Source: Paraphysomonas bandaiensis
Lineage: Eukaryota > Protista > Chrysophyceae
Length of the DNA: 64,000 nt
Direction: 5' to 3'
Assembly (NCBI GenBank): GCA_965644295.1
Contig: CBFFRP010000267.1
Location: 16,338-80,337 of the forward strand
Shown: piece by piece, positions 1 through 11,700 of the stretch
Numbering within the stretch: position 1 is the first letter of the stretch
How the letters are laid out: each line of letters begins with the position of its first letter
Made by a program: the position numbers and the translations under genes
The notes under the pieces: model-generated
Told to the model about the DNA's origin: nothing
Seen by the model: only the letters and a program-made list of their open reading frames with translations
Database searches by the model: none

Positions 1-545
1 CGAACTACCACTTCACTGTGTGGTGCATTCTCCACATTTGTTTTGATCTCAGTTTTCCCAGATTTCTGAAATATCTGTATAGAATCACCTGGCGACTCGC
101 CTGTCCCGCAGAATGCTACCACTTCATAAGTGCATTCAAACCTCCAGAAATATTCCGTTATTGTCGTAACGGTCTTGCTCGTAATCTTTGGACCATACGA
201 AAACTCCGTTACATGCTTCGTGGCTGAGTCAACATCTCGTTTGGTCTCTCTTAGAAACACACATCGTTCCGTTGAAGTGAATCGCAGAGAGACTGATTTC
301 GATCGAGACCATTCAATCATTCGGTTGAAACAAGATTCCATCGATCCGATCGTAGAGAGTGTATTGACAGTAGCAGCAAGAGCTAAATTAGCCACCATAT
401 CAGAGAGAAGATACTTGTCCTGGTACTGGTGACTCACATCTGCGGGAAACACAGGCCGCTTATCATTATCCAGCACACGTCGAGCATGAACCAGAGCCGT
501 CTCTACTTGTTCACGGAATCGTTGTTCATTCCATTCTTCACTCAT
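1..545 (-). CDS. Hypothetical protein, N-terminal ~181 aa; runs off the left edge of the window
   Basis: Manual translation from ATG at 545 (MSEEWNEQRFREQVETALVHARRVLDNDKRPVFPADVSHQYQDKYLL...TVTTITEYFWRFEC...) stays open to position 1. It is absent from the ORF track, probably because it has no stop in the window. Confidence 0.75.
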   Translation of the reverse strand, partial: MSEEWNEQRFREQVETALVHARRVLDNDKRPVFPADVSHQYQDKYLLSDMVANLALAATVNTLSTIGSMESCFNRMIEWSRSKSVSLRFTSTERCVFLRETKRDVDSATKHVTEFSYGPKITSKTVTTITEYFWRFECTYEVVAFCGTGESPGDSIQIFQKSGKTEIKTNVENAPHSEVVV

Positions 546-831
546 TGTATTGATGGAGATCAGTATACTCTATGTAAATAGATGATGTCTGCTATGTATA
601 TTAATCCTATGCTTTAGCATACGTGTACACTGGTATGTATTGTTTATGTATAGGATGGATACACTTCAGGCATATCTTCCTTGATGTATCTTGAAAAGAC
701 ACTACTATGAGATGGTGTGGGTTTTTACATACAAAAAAGAACTATTTATCTCACAAACTACACACTTTTTTGTCCAATCCAGAAATGAAAAGTCTGCAAA
801 CCGGATTTTCTTGTGATATGAAATATGCAGG

Positions 832-833
<2 letters not shown>

Positions 834-863
<30 letters not shown>

Positions 864-1009
864 TGTATGTATGTATGTATGTATGTATGTATGTATGTAT
901 GTATGTATGTATGTATGTATGTATGTATGTATGTATGTATGTATGTATGTATGTATGTATGTATGTATGTATGTATGTATGTATGTATGTATGTATGTAT
1001 GTATGTATG

Positions 1010-1043
<34 letters not shown>

Positions 1044-1148
1044 TGTATGTATGTATGTATGTACTGGTGTATGTATGTATGTATGTATGTATGTATGTAT
1101 GTATGTATGTATGCATGTATGTATGTATGTATGTATGTATGTATGTAT
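834..1148. repeat. (TATG)n tetranucleotide microsatellite between divergent genes
   Basis: About 315 bp, near-perfect, with a few interruptions. Confidence 0.98.
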
Positions 1149-1293
1149 ACGTAAGTATGATCTATATGTACCACTCATATACGTGCCAGGAATATGAAGC
1201 AGAATAGTATATTCGGCTATATATTAATCTAAGAGGAACTCACTTCCCTCTAGTAACATAAACATTAAACCACACTATATATCGATCTCAAGT

Positions 1294-2615
1294 ATGTTAA
1301 TTTCATTCGGATTAAATGAAGATGGTCAATGTGGATCGAAAAGGTCGTTATCATTCTATATATCATCAAACTCTCTTGTAATTATATTATCAACAGAAGA
1401 ACAAGTGAAATAGATTCACAAGAAAGAAAAGGATCTCCTCAATCTCCTTTATCTCCTATAAGGAAAAGAATGATGAGTTCAATGGTAAAACAAGGATCTG
1501 TTCCAACTGTTCTATCGTTCCCTGTATTATGTCGTATTAAGTCAGTAGCAGCCGGGTCTCGTCATTCTCTGGCACTCTCAGAGGATGGTAGAGTGTTTGC
1601 ATGGGGATGGGGGCTTCTGGGACAGCTCGGTCTAGGACACAATAAGAATATTCATAACCCTGTTCAAATTCCTGGGTTTTCCGAACCAGTGGTGTCAGTA
1701 TCTGCAGGCGGCATGCACTCTGCATGTATCGATGAGCTAGGGCAGTGCTATACTTGGGGCTCTGCTCAATATGGGCAGCTAGGACAAGGTGAAATGGCAG
1801 TTGAGGATTCCATCCGTAATGCGCCTGGAAAAGTAACCGCTCCGGACTGTGTGGATCGATTCGTTCTCAAGAGGGTGGCTTGTGGGGGCATGCATACCGC
1901 TGCAATCGATGACGATGGGGCCGTGTGGTGTTGGGGTCGTGCGGATAGCGGCCAGGCAGGCTGTGGTCAGTGGTTGTTTAACTTTTTTTCTGGGTTGGTG
2001 GTGCCGCACCGAGTGACGGCGGTCACAGAACCGGCCACCGCAGTGGCATGTGGGGGCTTTCATACTGTTGTTGTAACTGAAGCAGGCAGAGTGTTTTCCT
2101 TTGGGAAGGAGGATTTCGGCATGCTTGGTACAGGAAACGGTGGAGATGGGGGAAAGCCAAAAATCATAGAGGCTATTCGGGATAAGCGTGTGGTAGGCGT
2201 AGCTTGTGGAGGTTGGCACACATTGTTGTGGACTGATGAGGGGGAGATGTTCGCATGTGGAAAGGGAGAGTACGGTCGATTGGGCCTGGGGCATGAAGAA
2301 TCCCGTACAGAGCCCACTAAAGTTGACTTAGGAGAAGATGTGCGGGTTGTGGCTGCCTCTGCAGGAGGTTCGCACTCAATGATTCTGACTTCTGCTGGAG
2401 TGGTGTATGCGGTGGGCCGGACGGACGATGGAAGATTGGGAGTTGATGGAGTCAGTGGGGACAGACTCTGTACACCTGCTCGTATAGACGGAAAATTTAT
2501 TGCTCCACATTTTGAAAATCCAAAAGTCACACAGGTGTGTACAGGAGGCTCACATTCTTTTGTTTTGACTTCAGCCGAGGATAAAGATGCCCCATCAGTG
2601 TCAGTTCTGGGTTAG
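1294..2615 (+). CDS. RCC1-repeat (beta-propeller) protein; exons 1294-1343 and 1397-2615
   Basis: Repeated RCC1 blades (AAGSRHSLAL, WGWGLLGQLGLG, ACGGMHT, ACGGFHT, ACGGWHT, GKGEYGRLGLG). Exon 1 (MLISFGLNEDGQCGSKR) joins in frame via GT-AG intron 1344-1396. Confidence 0.9.
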
Positions 2616-2919
2616 TGCTCTATATTTTCAGTATCGTGGTAGTTGGGAAGACGAAGTATTTTCAAAATTTAAAAGCACCAAACAAACAAAATTAAGGCAG
2701 GAATGTATATTTTACGATATCACTAATAATGATACAGTTATTTAATCGTTGGTGAAAGTATAGGGTATAGGCAGATTTTATTTTCTGCGGATCATGGTAA
2801 TATATAGACATATAGTACATCAATATACAACGAAATGCCAGTACCATGTATAGCTAGCCAGTAATTAGTTAAAACAAGGGACGAGGTAGGAGGTAGTATT
2901 AACATCAAATCAAACTTTA

Positions 2920-4902
2920 TTATTTAAGAGAAATGTCACTAAAGTAAAGGCGCAATAAACCCTGTAACCTACTCAAGTGCTGCATTAAATATTCCCATTC
3001 ATCGCGATCACTACACTTTTGACATGCAGTGCTATTCTCAATCGTGTGCTTAATGATTGAAAAAATTACTCTGATTTCGGCAACCGATACTCCTAAATAA
3101 CTAGCAACTATGCAATCGTCCTCGTAGTCTCTATCTTTGCGCTCGTGGCCAATATCACTTCCCTTACCCTCAATTACGAGACACAGCAATTCCACAGATA
3201 TCATACATACTGCAATGCATCGATTCATCTCGTCGGTCGACAGACTTTTCCCAGTGTCACTTTTTCCAGTGGCACACGATACAACCGTTGACAGCACACA
3301 TCCAACGATGGTACATAGTAATGGAGCTGCACAAACAGCTTCCAATCTCATAGCAGCCGCGACATCGTCGTCGGTAGTTGCTATTCGCAGAACTACTGGT
3401 AGGGCCGTGACGGCCACATCTACCGCAGAGCCATCTGCTGCAGGTACACGCATATACGCTCTCGATAAACTATTCGGTGAGCACTCCTGATATTCCTTGA
3501 GTTTTCCGAATAAGACATCAAGCACACGGTTGCGGAAGAAAAATGAAATGGCAGTCGGATTTTGAACACAGTCCTCCAATCCCTCTCCCAGTGGTGGTAC
3601 TCGGCTACAGGCGGGTAGAAGCGCCCCAAGTACTGTGACAAACGGTTCGTGCAAGGAATCGTCTTCCTGAATCCACTGGGCAAATGTCATCATGATACGA
3701 TCCAGGATACGGTGCATACCGAGCGCAACTGAACTATCCAAAACAGAGAACGATCGAGACGCCTGACGCACAAACTGAAAAAATAGCTCCACCGATGCCA
3801 CCATCTCCTGCGCCAACAACAACTATATTATGCACAAAAGGAAGATAAATATAGACCTCACCTTTTGAAATTGTAGCATTGCGAGACTAGGAAGGTTTTC
3901 CCATACCCCTTCATCTTCACTCAATAGGAGTCGTAGCATCGCGTCAAAGACATCACAGCAAACAAACATCATATTCACGGCTCTCTGCACCCTTTCGTCA
4001 TAATGCGCAGCTGGAGTGGAGAGCTCAGAGGAGTTGGTGGGGGATATTGGCGTCGCATCAGCTTCTTTATCCTCGGTGTCTACTAGAGTACAGTACTCGT
4101 GGAGGAGAAGCCTAAATTCTCCACACACCACTGAGCACAAAAGCATTGCGAATTGCCCCTTGTGTTGCCCAGATTGTTCTGCGCCATTAGAGGCTACACT
4201 TTGATCCTCCGTCTCCACAGTCCATCCCGGAGAGAGTCTAGTCAAGAACATCGCGGTTGCAATCATGAATACATCTCTAGTTTCCTCAGTGGCTGAACCA
4301 CGCCAACCCATAACCATGAGACTACGCAGTGCCTTACTCTCCTGCACTGATAAAGATATATCTTTCGGAAAAATCATAACTAATTCAATCAGAATGTCGA
4401 ATATACATGAAATGTTGTCATTCGTGATGTCAGATACCGAAGACAAAATGCACCTGAATATCGACTCACAGTATTTGTGGCCACTGGCAATGCATACTTT
4501 CACAAGAAATTCTTGGACAGTGCTTCGAACTCGAGGCTACAAAATAACATTATGTATAAAATAATTACATTGCATCCATATGACCTCACTAGTCCGAATT
4601 AGTATATTGTATATATCAGTACACCTGGAGGAGAATAACTTCAACAGATCTGAATACCCGCCAATCCTTTGCAACAGAGACAATGCCGTATCTTGAACAG
4701 ATGTTTCATTTACACATTGTTTTGTTTGAAGAACACGAAGTATAAATAAAGGTGATGCTTTAAGTATGACTTGCTGTAATAGATCGTGTATTTGTTGGGT
4801 AGAGTTGGAGTCATCTAGACGATCGGCGTATTTGACAGATAGTAACAAGCCTGCAAGTTTTTCTTCGTTCGTTGGTCTTTGTAGTAGGTCTATGAACTCC
4901 AT
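2920..4902 (-). CDS. Neurochondrin-like ARM/HEAT protein, 3 exons
   Basis: N-terminal EEKLAGLLLSVK resembles the neurochondrin signature; later EFRLLL and FAQWIQEDDSL motifs. GT-AG introns 4537-4584 and 3823-3861 join three ORF-track segments in frame. Confidence 0.75.
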
Positions 4903-5055
4903 TATTCAGCACTATCAGTATATGGACATGAAATAAACACTGATAGGTTAGTTGTTAATACACATACACATACAATGCAAGGAACTTCTTAGCTCGACTA
5001 ACAGTCCCACCACAGCATACGTACTTACCTACCTAATGTACCTACCTACCAACAA

Positions 5056-5090
5056 ACATACATACATACATACATACATACATACATACA

Positions 5091-5120
<30 letters not shown>
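5056..5120. repeat. (CATA)n microsatellite in the neurochondrin/RPS27 divergent intergenic region
   Basis: Perfect ACAT repeats. Confidence 0.95.
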
Positions 5121-5121
<1 letters not shown>

Positions 5122-5403
5122 TTTCAAAACTGAAAACACCACCCTCAATATGTCGCTTCAAGATCTCCCAGTGCTATGGTTCTGGTCTGGTGTGTGTGTT
5201 GTGAGTAGAGTCTACTTAAACACTCCTCTATACTCGTATATATAATTAGGTTGTGCTGCCCTCGACCAAATTGAATAGGTAAGTCTCATATCTCACCCCT
5301 ATCATCTTCCTGTCATTTACATCTACTCTTACATATGCATACTTCCCCTGAAGTGACCTCTATAACACATCTAATCTTAATATATATATGTATATACAGT
5401 AAT

Positions 5404-5706
5404 ATGCCCAAGGATCTTCTTTACCCATCCCTCGCTGAGGAAAAGAACAAGCATAAGCTTAAGAGATTAATTCAGTCTCCTAATAGCTATTTTATGGATG
5501 TTAAGTGCCCCGGATGCTTCCATATCACCACTGTGTTCTCCCATGCCCAGGTATAATATATAGATGCAGTTACTCGTTAATCTCATACGTATGCATCAAT
5601 ATAGACTGTTGTTGTGTGCACTGGGTGCTCGATGATGCTTTGCCAGCCTACTGGAGGAAGATGCAGACTCACTGAAGGGTGCTCTTTCAGAAGAAAGGTT
5701 GATTAA
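5404..5706 (+). CDS. RPS27: 40S ribosomal protein S27 (eS27); exons 5404-5550 and 5605-5706
   Basis: [49 protein letters not shown]|[33 protein letters not shown]; C4 zinc finger. Probable 5'UTR intron 5279-5399. Confidence 0.98.
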
Positions 5707-6371
5707 ACTTCTAGTTGCAGTTGTGTACGTAGAGGATCATGGTCGTGTGGCAAGTATAAATAATTAGCCAAGGGCAGGTCAATATATTATTTCAAATGAG
5801 TTTAAGAAAACAGGTTAGGTGTACTTTTACGGTGTGCGCTAGGCAGTCCAACACAATACCAGTGGAATATCTAGAGAATATACTATCCCATTGCACTAAT
5901 ATGACAATTACAATACATCCTTGGAAAGGGTGTACGTTAACAAGATAATCACCTTATTGTAGTGCTACTTAACGATTCTCAAACCAAAGAGATAATAGTC
6001 AACGTATGCGACGAGGCTAGCTCCACAACTAGTAGCAATATGAAGCTATTAATTTTGTCTAAAAATAGTGTTCTTTTCACCTGAATTCGATTCAACAGAA
6101 CACTCATATTTGCACCAGGCCAATATAGACATTCAACAGTCCTATATCATAATTATTTTAAATTATAAAATCACATTATTCTTCATTCTATATTACACAT
6201 CCCACTCGTTTAGTGAAAGTAACAACGGTAAAGTCATAAGTCAACTTTCACAAACAGAAAATCAAACACCAAACACTCCACGTTATATTCCATCCTTCGT
6301 CTTATGTAGATAATCGAAGATCATAATGATGTCAATTCAAATGAGTAGTGAGAGTCGTGATGTCTTATTAT

Positions 6372-7435
6372 CAGGCTTGCGTAACAATTAATTGGTGACA
6401 GGTGTCCAACAATAATAATTGCAATTATTAATCAAGCACCCAATTATTGGCAATGCAATGAATTGGCAATACTTGCCAAATAATTGCCTATAATTTTATT
6501 GATAGATTTTAGAATAACTTTCTGAACAATAATCTCATACCAAAGGTGTCTAGGTTTTATTCGCTTGCAAAAATCTAGTCATAACAACCTCTCATAAACA
6601 ATTGGTAGTGCTATACGAAGATCGTATATCGTGTTGGAAGTTTGATGCGTGCTTTTTGGCGCTTTCAGTTGTCTTTAAGTAAACCAATGGCGTCGTCTTC
6701 CTTCTCCTCGCCTTTTACTTCAAGTTCACTTTTGTGTGCAGGTACATCATTAATCAAAAAGCGTCGTACCTGTGCTTTTTCAGCGCGATTCAGTTCTTCT
6801 TCCCTACAGCGCTGAATTTTGACTACTGCTCTCTCGAAATCTGCATTCTGAACATTTTCTGCGTCAGCACCCAAGTGAAATTTCATCCCAGAGGGTACTG
6901 ACGAATTAATCATCAAATTTGTTCATTCGATGCCATCCTGTTGAATAAATAAGAATGGTAAGTATGGCTATCCAATGTTTCTAGTCCATTATTATTGTTA
7001 ACACACTACGGATCCTTTGTATTAAGGTATTCTTGCACACACATACTTCTCTTCGTCTGATAGTTGTACCTAACGGTAACACTTGTAACGTCTTTTACAC
7101 TACAATACTTGAATATTATTTCAAAGTAGTTGAATATGCTGTCACACTATATGCTATGCATCCCAACGATCTTTGGCATGATCGCTTGCATGCTGAGGTT
7201 AAAGTGTATACTAACCCAAATTACGATTAAGAAAATGATAACGAAACTGTGCACATGAATCCATACTACTATATGCTAATATATAATGGATGTGTACCTA
7301 AGATCAGTAGCTAGATATCGTAAGAAGCTATATATAATTTAGCCAGCCTATTAATTGCAATTAATTGGCAACAATTACCAATGATAATAATTGAAGTTAG
7401 CACTTTCAAAACCAATTAATTTTTACGCAAGCCTG
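6372..7435 (-). mobile_element. Non-autonomous hAT-superfamily DNA transposon (1064 bp) with a transposase remnant
   Basis: 24-bp TIRs CAGGCTTGCGTAACAATTAATTGG / CCAATTAATTTTTACGCAAGCCTG (1 mismatch). 8-bp TSD CTTATTAT (6364-6371) / CATATTAT (7436-7443). Subterminal AATTG(G)CAAT repeats. Internal ORF 6665-6916 (FERAVVKIQ...EELNRAEKAQVRRF) resembles C-termini of oomycete-type hAT-like transposases. Confidence 0.85.
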
Positions 7436-7443
7436 CATATTAT

Positions 7444-7850
7444 AACGAATTACGAATAGGCGTTGAAGAGTCGGAACTAATTTAGCATTGCAATTTTACT
7501 AACTCTAGTAGATAACTAGAGCTTAACTATGATATTGCTATTTCAAGTTACCACAAGCACCAAAGTGCAACCACTTTTGCTCTATCACTCAAAGCAAACG
7601 CAGTGAGCAAGCAGAATGTTGATATATCTGACATCTGCTGACCTCAGGATATTTGGAGATATTTTACCACATCAACAGCTTCAGATATCGCACTTAAACG
7701 TTCCTGAGATATTCTTGAAGTTGTTTCAAATTCCTGATTGTGAAAAGGTAGATCGCTTGCTCTGACATCACTATGATCTTCTGCAACATACAAAGGATGG
7801 AGTATAACTTGGAGTGTTTGATGATCAGCTTTGGATAGTTGGCTCATGAT
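7444..7850 (-). mobile_element. Degenerate dispersed repeat, family A copy 1 (possibly MULE-derived)
   Basis: ATCACTCAAAGCAAACGCAGTGAGCAAGCAGAATGTTGATATATCTGACA is shared with ~62995-63045; AATAGGCG end motif is shared with the other copies. Confidence 0.6.
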
Positions 7851-8780
7851 TATGGTTGCTCTATAACTCTATAATTCTGTAATATATATAATGAAATAAC
7901 GTACATATACACATACATATGACTGTCAACAGAAGTTAGTTTCTGTTGTATCGATTATTGAAGTTACATGTCTATATTTTCCCGGTGCTGATATGAGCGC
8001 TCTGTTGAGCCTAGTTCAGGTAAAAAAGCTTTTTTTGAGACCAAATGGGGATAATACTGTTTTTCATGTACTTTACTCTTCAAGTAGCGAACATAATATA
8101 AAAATCTTAAAATACAACTTTTAATAGATTACCAAAAAGCAAAGCACATCAATTTAGCCTGTTTTAGTACGTCCTGAAATATTTGTTGCATTGCACTTCT
8201 TTCATAGCACTTGTAAGGGGAGAGAAAAAGTAAAATATAAGATGTGTGCGTACATATTCTAACCACAATTATTTCTGAATTATTATTACTTATAACCGTA
8301 TGCCGTTTTTCTGTTACTCAAACAGTCAGCAAATAGTTTTTAGAGTTGATTCAGTTCATGACTACTCAACTCAATGAATTAACTTAAGCTTTTAAGAGTG
8401 CAGTATTGACTGATTGATATTAAGGGAGATATAGTGAAATTATGATGTTGTAGCACTGTGATATAGGAACCACGTCATTTACCAACATCAGCATTCTGTT
8501 CTATAAATCGTATCTTTAACAGCGACTATATTTTCAGTTTCTTTGTATACTTGTAATAGCTGCTCCTATAGTGTAGTCATGTATATTCTGCATTTCATTG
8601 CTACATAGAATACAGGATAACTACTACATCTAATAATGCACAGAAATTTTGTGTACTATACAACGAATACTGTTTTACTTATTATGCATCCTAACTACAA
8701 GTACCGACGAAACTTGTTACCAGTTTTAAAAACACTGCCCAGAAAAGTGAGGCAACTGATTTCCTAATCTAACAACTTGT

Positions 8781-11700
8781 TCACGCAAACCCAAACCCTT
8801 CAGAGCCTTCCTTGATTGCTAAGAGAAGTTTTTCGCGTAGTTCTTCTTGACTTGAATACTCGGGAAGATCGAGCTATGCAAAACAGCAACATAATTATCT
8901 GAATGACACAGTTGGGTCAACAAACAAACCTGGTTAAAACATGTATGTGCTGTAGGTAAGTTAGCACTGTCTCCGTATGCCCGATGTATGGAAAAACGCT
9001 GCACGCCCCGCATGCCCTGAAGGTTGGCAAATCCATCCAGAGGTACCTGGTTATCACATATGTAAACTCTTTGTGAGCAACAACTAGAAGATACCCACTT
9101 TAGAGGTTCCAGTAATAAATTGTAGAAACAAAGCCCGTTCTTCTCTCGAGAAACTTCGTAGTACGTCCCAAAACCAGAGTATACATGGTTCCGAAGCTCT
9201 GTACTGGTGATATTCCGTGTTCGCCTTAAGGTCGTCAATGTCTATATCAGGCAAACCAGAGATGAGTAGCTCCAGCTCTGTCGGAGAGAAAATAGATATC
9301 AGTTCCGCGGGAACAAGGTCATGGAAACCCTGCAAGAAGCAGTCGATCTGAGAACGAATTGCTGAAGTCATGCTGTGGTGGGAGATCAGTCGAATGTAAT
9401 CTGCTTTGTTACTATCCGTAACAGGAATGTTTCTGCCGTTTGGAATCAAATCCACCACCTGCATATAAATTTACCAGAGAATGTTGCTGTGATAAAGCCA
9501 CAAACCTCATGCCGCCCAAACGTTTGCACATCCGAAGAAAACGTTAATTCCAGACCCAAGTCCTCAAGTGGATACTCCAGGATCTGCTTGAGTGATTTAA
9601 AATACTCTGGCTCGATGCCCTCGATATCACTGTACTCCACTGGTACCCCCAATACGTGCTTATAGAAAGACCTGAAAGAATCATGACCAAAGATCCCTAC
9701 AAAAATAGCCATATACCTCGTGAAATGTCCATCCAGCAAGTATCCATCGACGACTGCTTTCCCTATCACCCGCCCGACAAACTTAAAGTAATCTAAGTGA
9801 TTTGTATTGATATTGCTCAAGGGGTTCGGCTGAAATGTCGCACCATCAGCAGCTCCGGTGAATAAGCAATAGTTGGGGTTGAATATTTCCCGTGAAAGTA
9901 GCATATACCATTCCCTCGTGAGGCCACCAGCATCAATACCCTCCTCCTCATAAAAGTTCACTACAAGGCGACCCTTCATCTCATCCGGTGTGCGGAAACG
10001 GAGCTGATGGAAAGAATCCTCAAACACATTGTCTCGACGGACCTGGAGGTGAATTGTCCTCCCACCTCTGGGCAGTCTCCGCTTCTTCAACTGCGAGTAG
10101 AAATATGCCCTCTTATTGTCAAACACAAGATGAGAACGCAGCTGCGATATCCGTATCATGGCAGATAATGAGTCTTCCAAAAGTGAAGGGTAGGATCGCA
10201 CAAGAATATTCAATATACTTTTGTGTGCCTGAACAAACGACAGTAACCTCTGTGCTCTACCCATGCTATGAGAGCCTAATCCAGATACGCTGTCCGAGGA
10301 CGGGGTGCTCCGGAGAGAGCGTGTGTGCCGAAAAGACAGCTTACTACCACTATCATCCGTGTTGTCATTCAGAACAAGCGAGATATTGGAACGCAAAAAA
10401 GTAGAGGAGTCTCTGTACTTGGCCCCAGGAAGTGACTGCTGTTTCGAAAGCTGCAAGCCTTGAGTAAAAGAAGATGTACGCTCAAGTGCAGTCGCCTCAG
10501 CAGAGGACGCTGTGCCTTGAGCGTCATGTACAACTGACTGACACCTATCCAGCTCCTTCTCCTGAAGAATGTCCCCGGCATGCACAAGAAAGAAACCTTC
10601 AATTACTGGGAGCAATTTCGAAAGAATAGATGATAGAACAGAGTGTTGCTGTCTGCGTTGGCCCCCCGCCGGGCCAGACAGGACACTACCCTGGCTACTC
10701 TCCGTCTCCTGTACATACGTTTCAAGATGACGCAAAACCTGCTCTGTTGCTAACCAAAGATGCTGCAAGTCGTCAACTGGGGCAACGTCAACCAGCTTAC
10801 TGTCCACCTTTTCTGCAAGGGATTGCAGCGTTTGAAGTGCCCGTAATACCCTTGTGTGATCCTGGCTGCCGACCTCGCCAATAGGAATGTTTAGAACAGA
10901 TGACGATCCAGCTCCACTATCACTAGAAGAAACGGTATTCTGCTGTTTCGCTCGCTGGTTGACAAGGTGGCTAAGTACGTGCTGCATGCGGGCGTGAGAC
11001 ACCGTTCCAAGATCAACTAAAACTTCAATCACGACCTCCATGAGGATCGTGCGGTTTTCCTTGACATGCGCAAGACGAGATATCGCTGATATGACGTGGT
11101 CAAACACTTCTTTCGTGCAGAGCTCGTTTAATAATGCATCACAGAGAGACCGTAGCGTTGATCGCGACAAACAAACACTCGGAACATTAACCCATCTATA
11201 ACTACCAGATGTCTCTTCTTCGACATTTTCTTCTCCCTCAGGAACTTCATCCAACAACTCAAGCGGTTCACAAAGAGTATTAACGAGGCGTGTGAGCTGG
11301 AGAAGCTCTTGTGTGCTATTCGTGTAGTTCGGGGCATGAAGAAGACGAATCAGCAGCTCTAAGTAGCACTGACTTTTCTGATAATCTGTCTCAATATCAC
11401 CCTCACCGTCGTCCAAAATCTGCATTAGACACTGGCCTTGCGCTCGAGAACGCAAGATATCATATACAATTGATTCATTGGCAGCACACAAGTGAATCAG
11501 CATAGAAATGAGTCGTTTACCAACAGTGGATGGCAATGGTTTAGCTGTCAGGTCCTGTTCATCTGGAGTACTGAGTGTGGCGCCCACACGAGAACTAATT
11601 ATCAATTTCTCCGGCGGGAAGGAATTACCTAATCTAAGAGGGCCTTCTCTCATCTGGCGGAATATAGAGGTCTCTCTCGGGCTATCCGACAGCAACGCTA

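Noticed and set aside
705-1207. Long MYVC/YIHT ORFs here and at 27172-27642, 54338-55034 and 57725-58483
   Set aside because: Translation artefacts of stop-free (TATG)n microsatellites, open in all frames.
1294-2615. UVR8 UV-B photoreceptor
   Set aside because: Lacks the three GWRHT motifs; it has GGMHS/GGMHT/GGFHT/GGWHT, so it is a generic RCC1-repeat protein.
2920-4902. Stop-codon readthrough or alternative genetic code (abutting in-frame ORFs at 3822/3823)
   Set aside because: The TAG is the 3' splice site of a 39-nt GT-AG intron; genes here end in standard stops.
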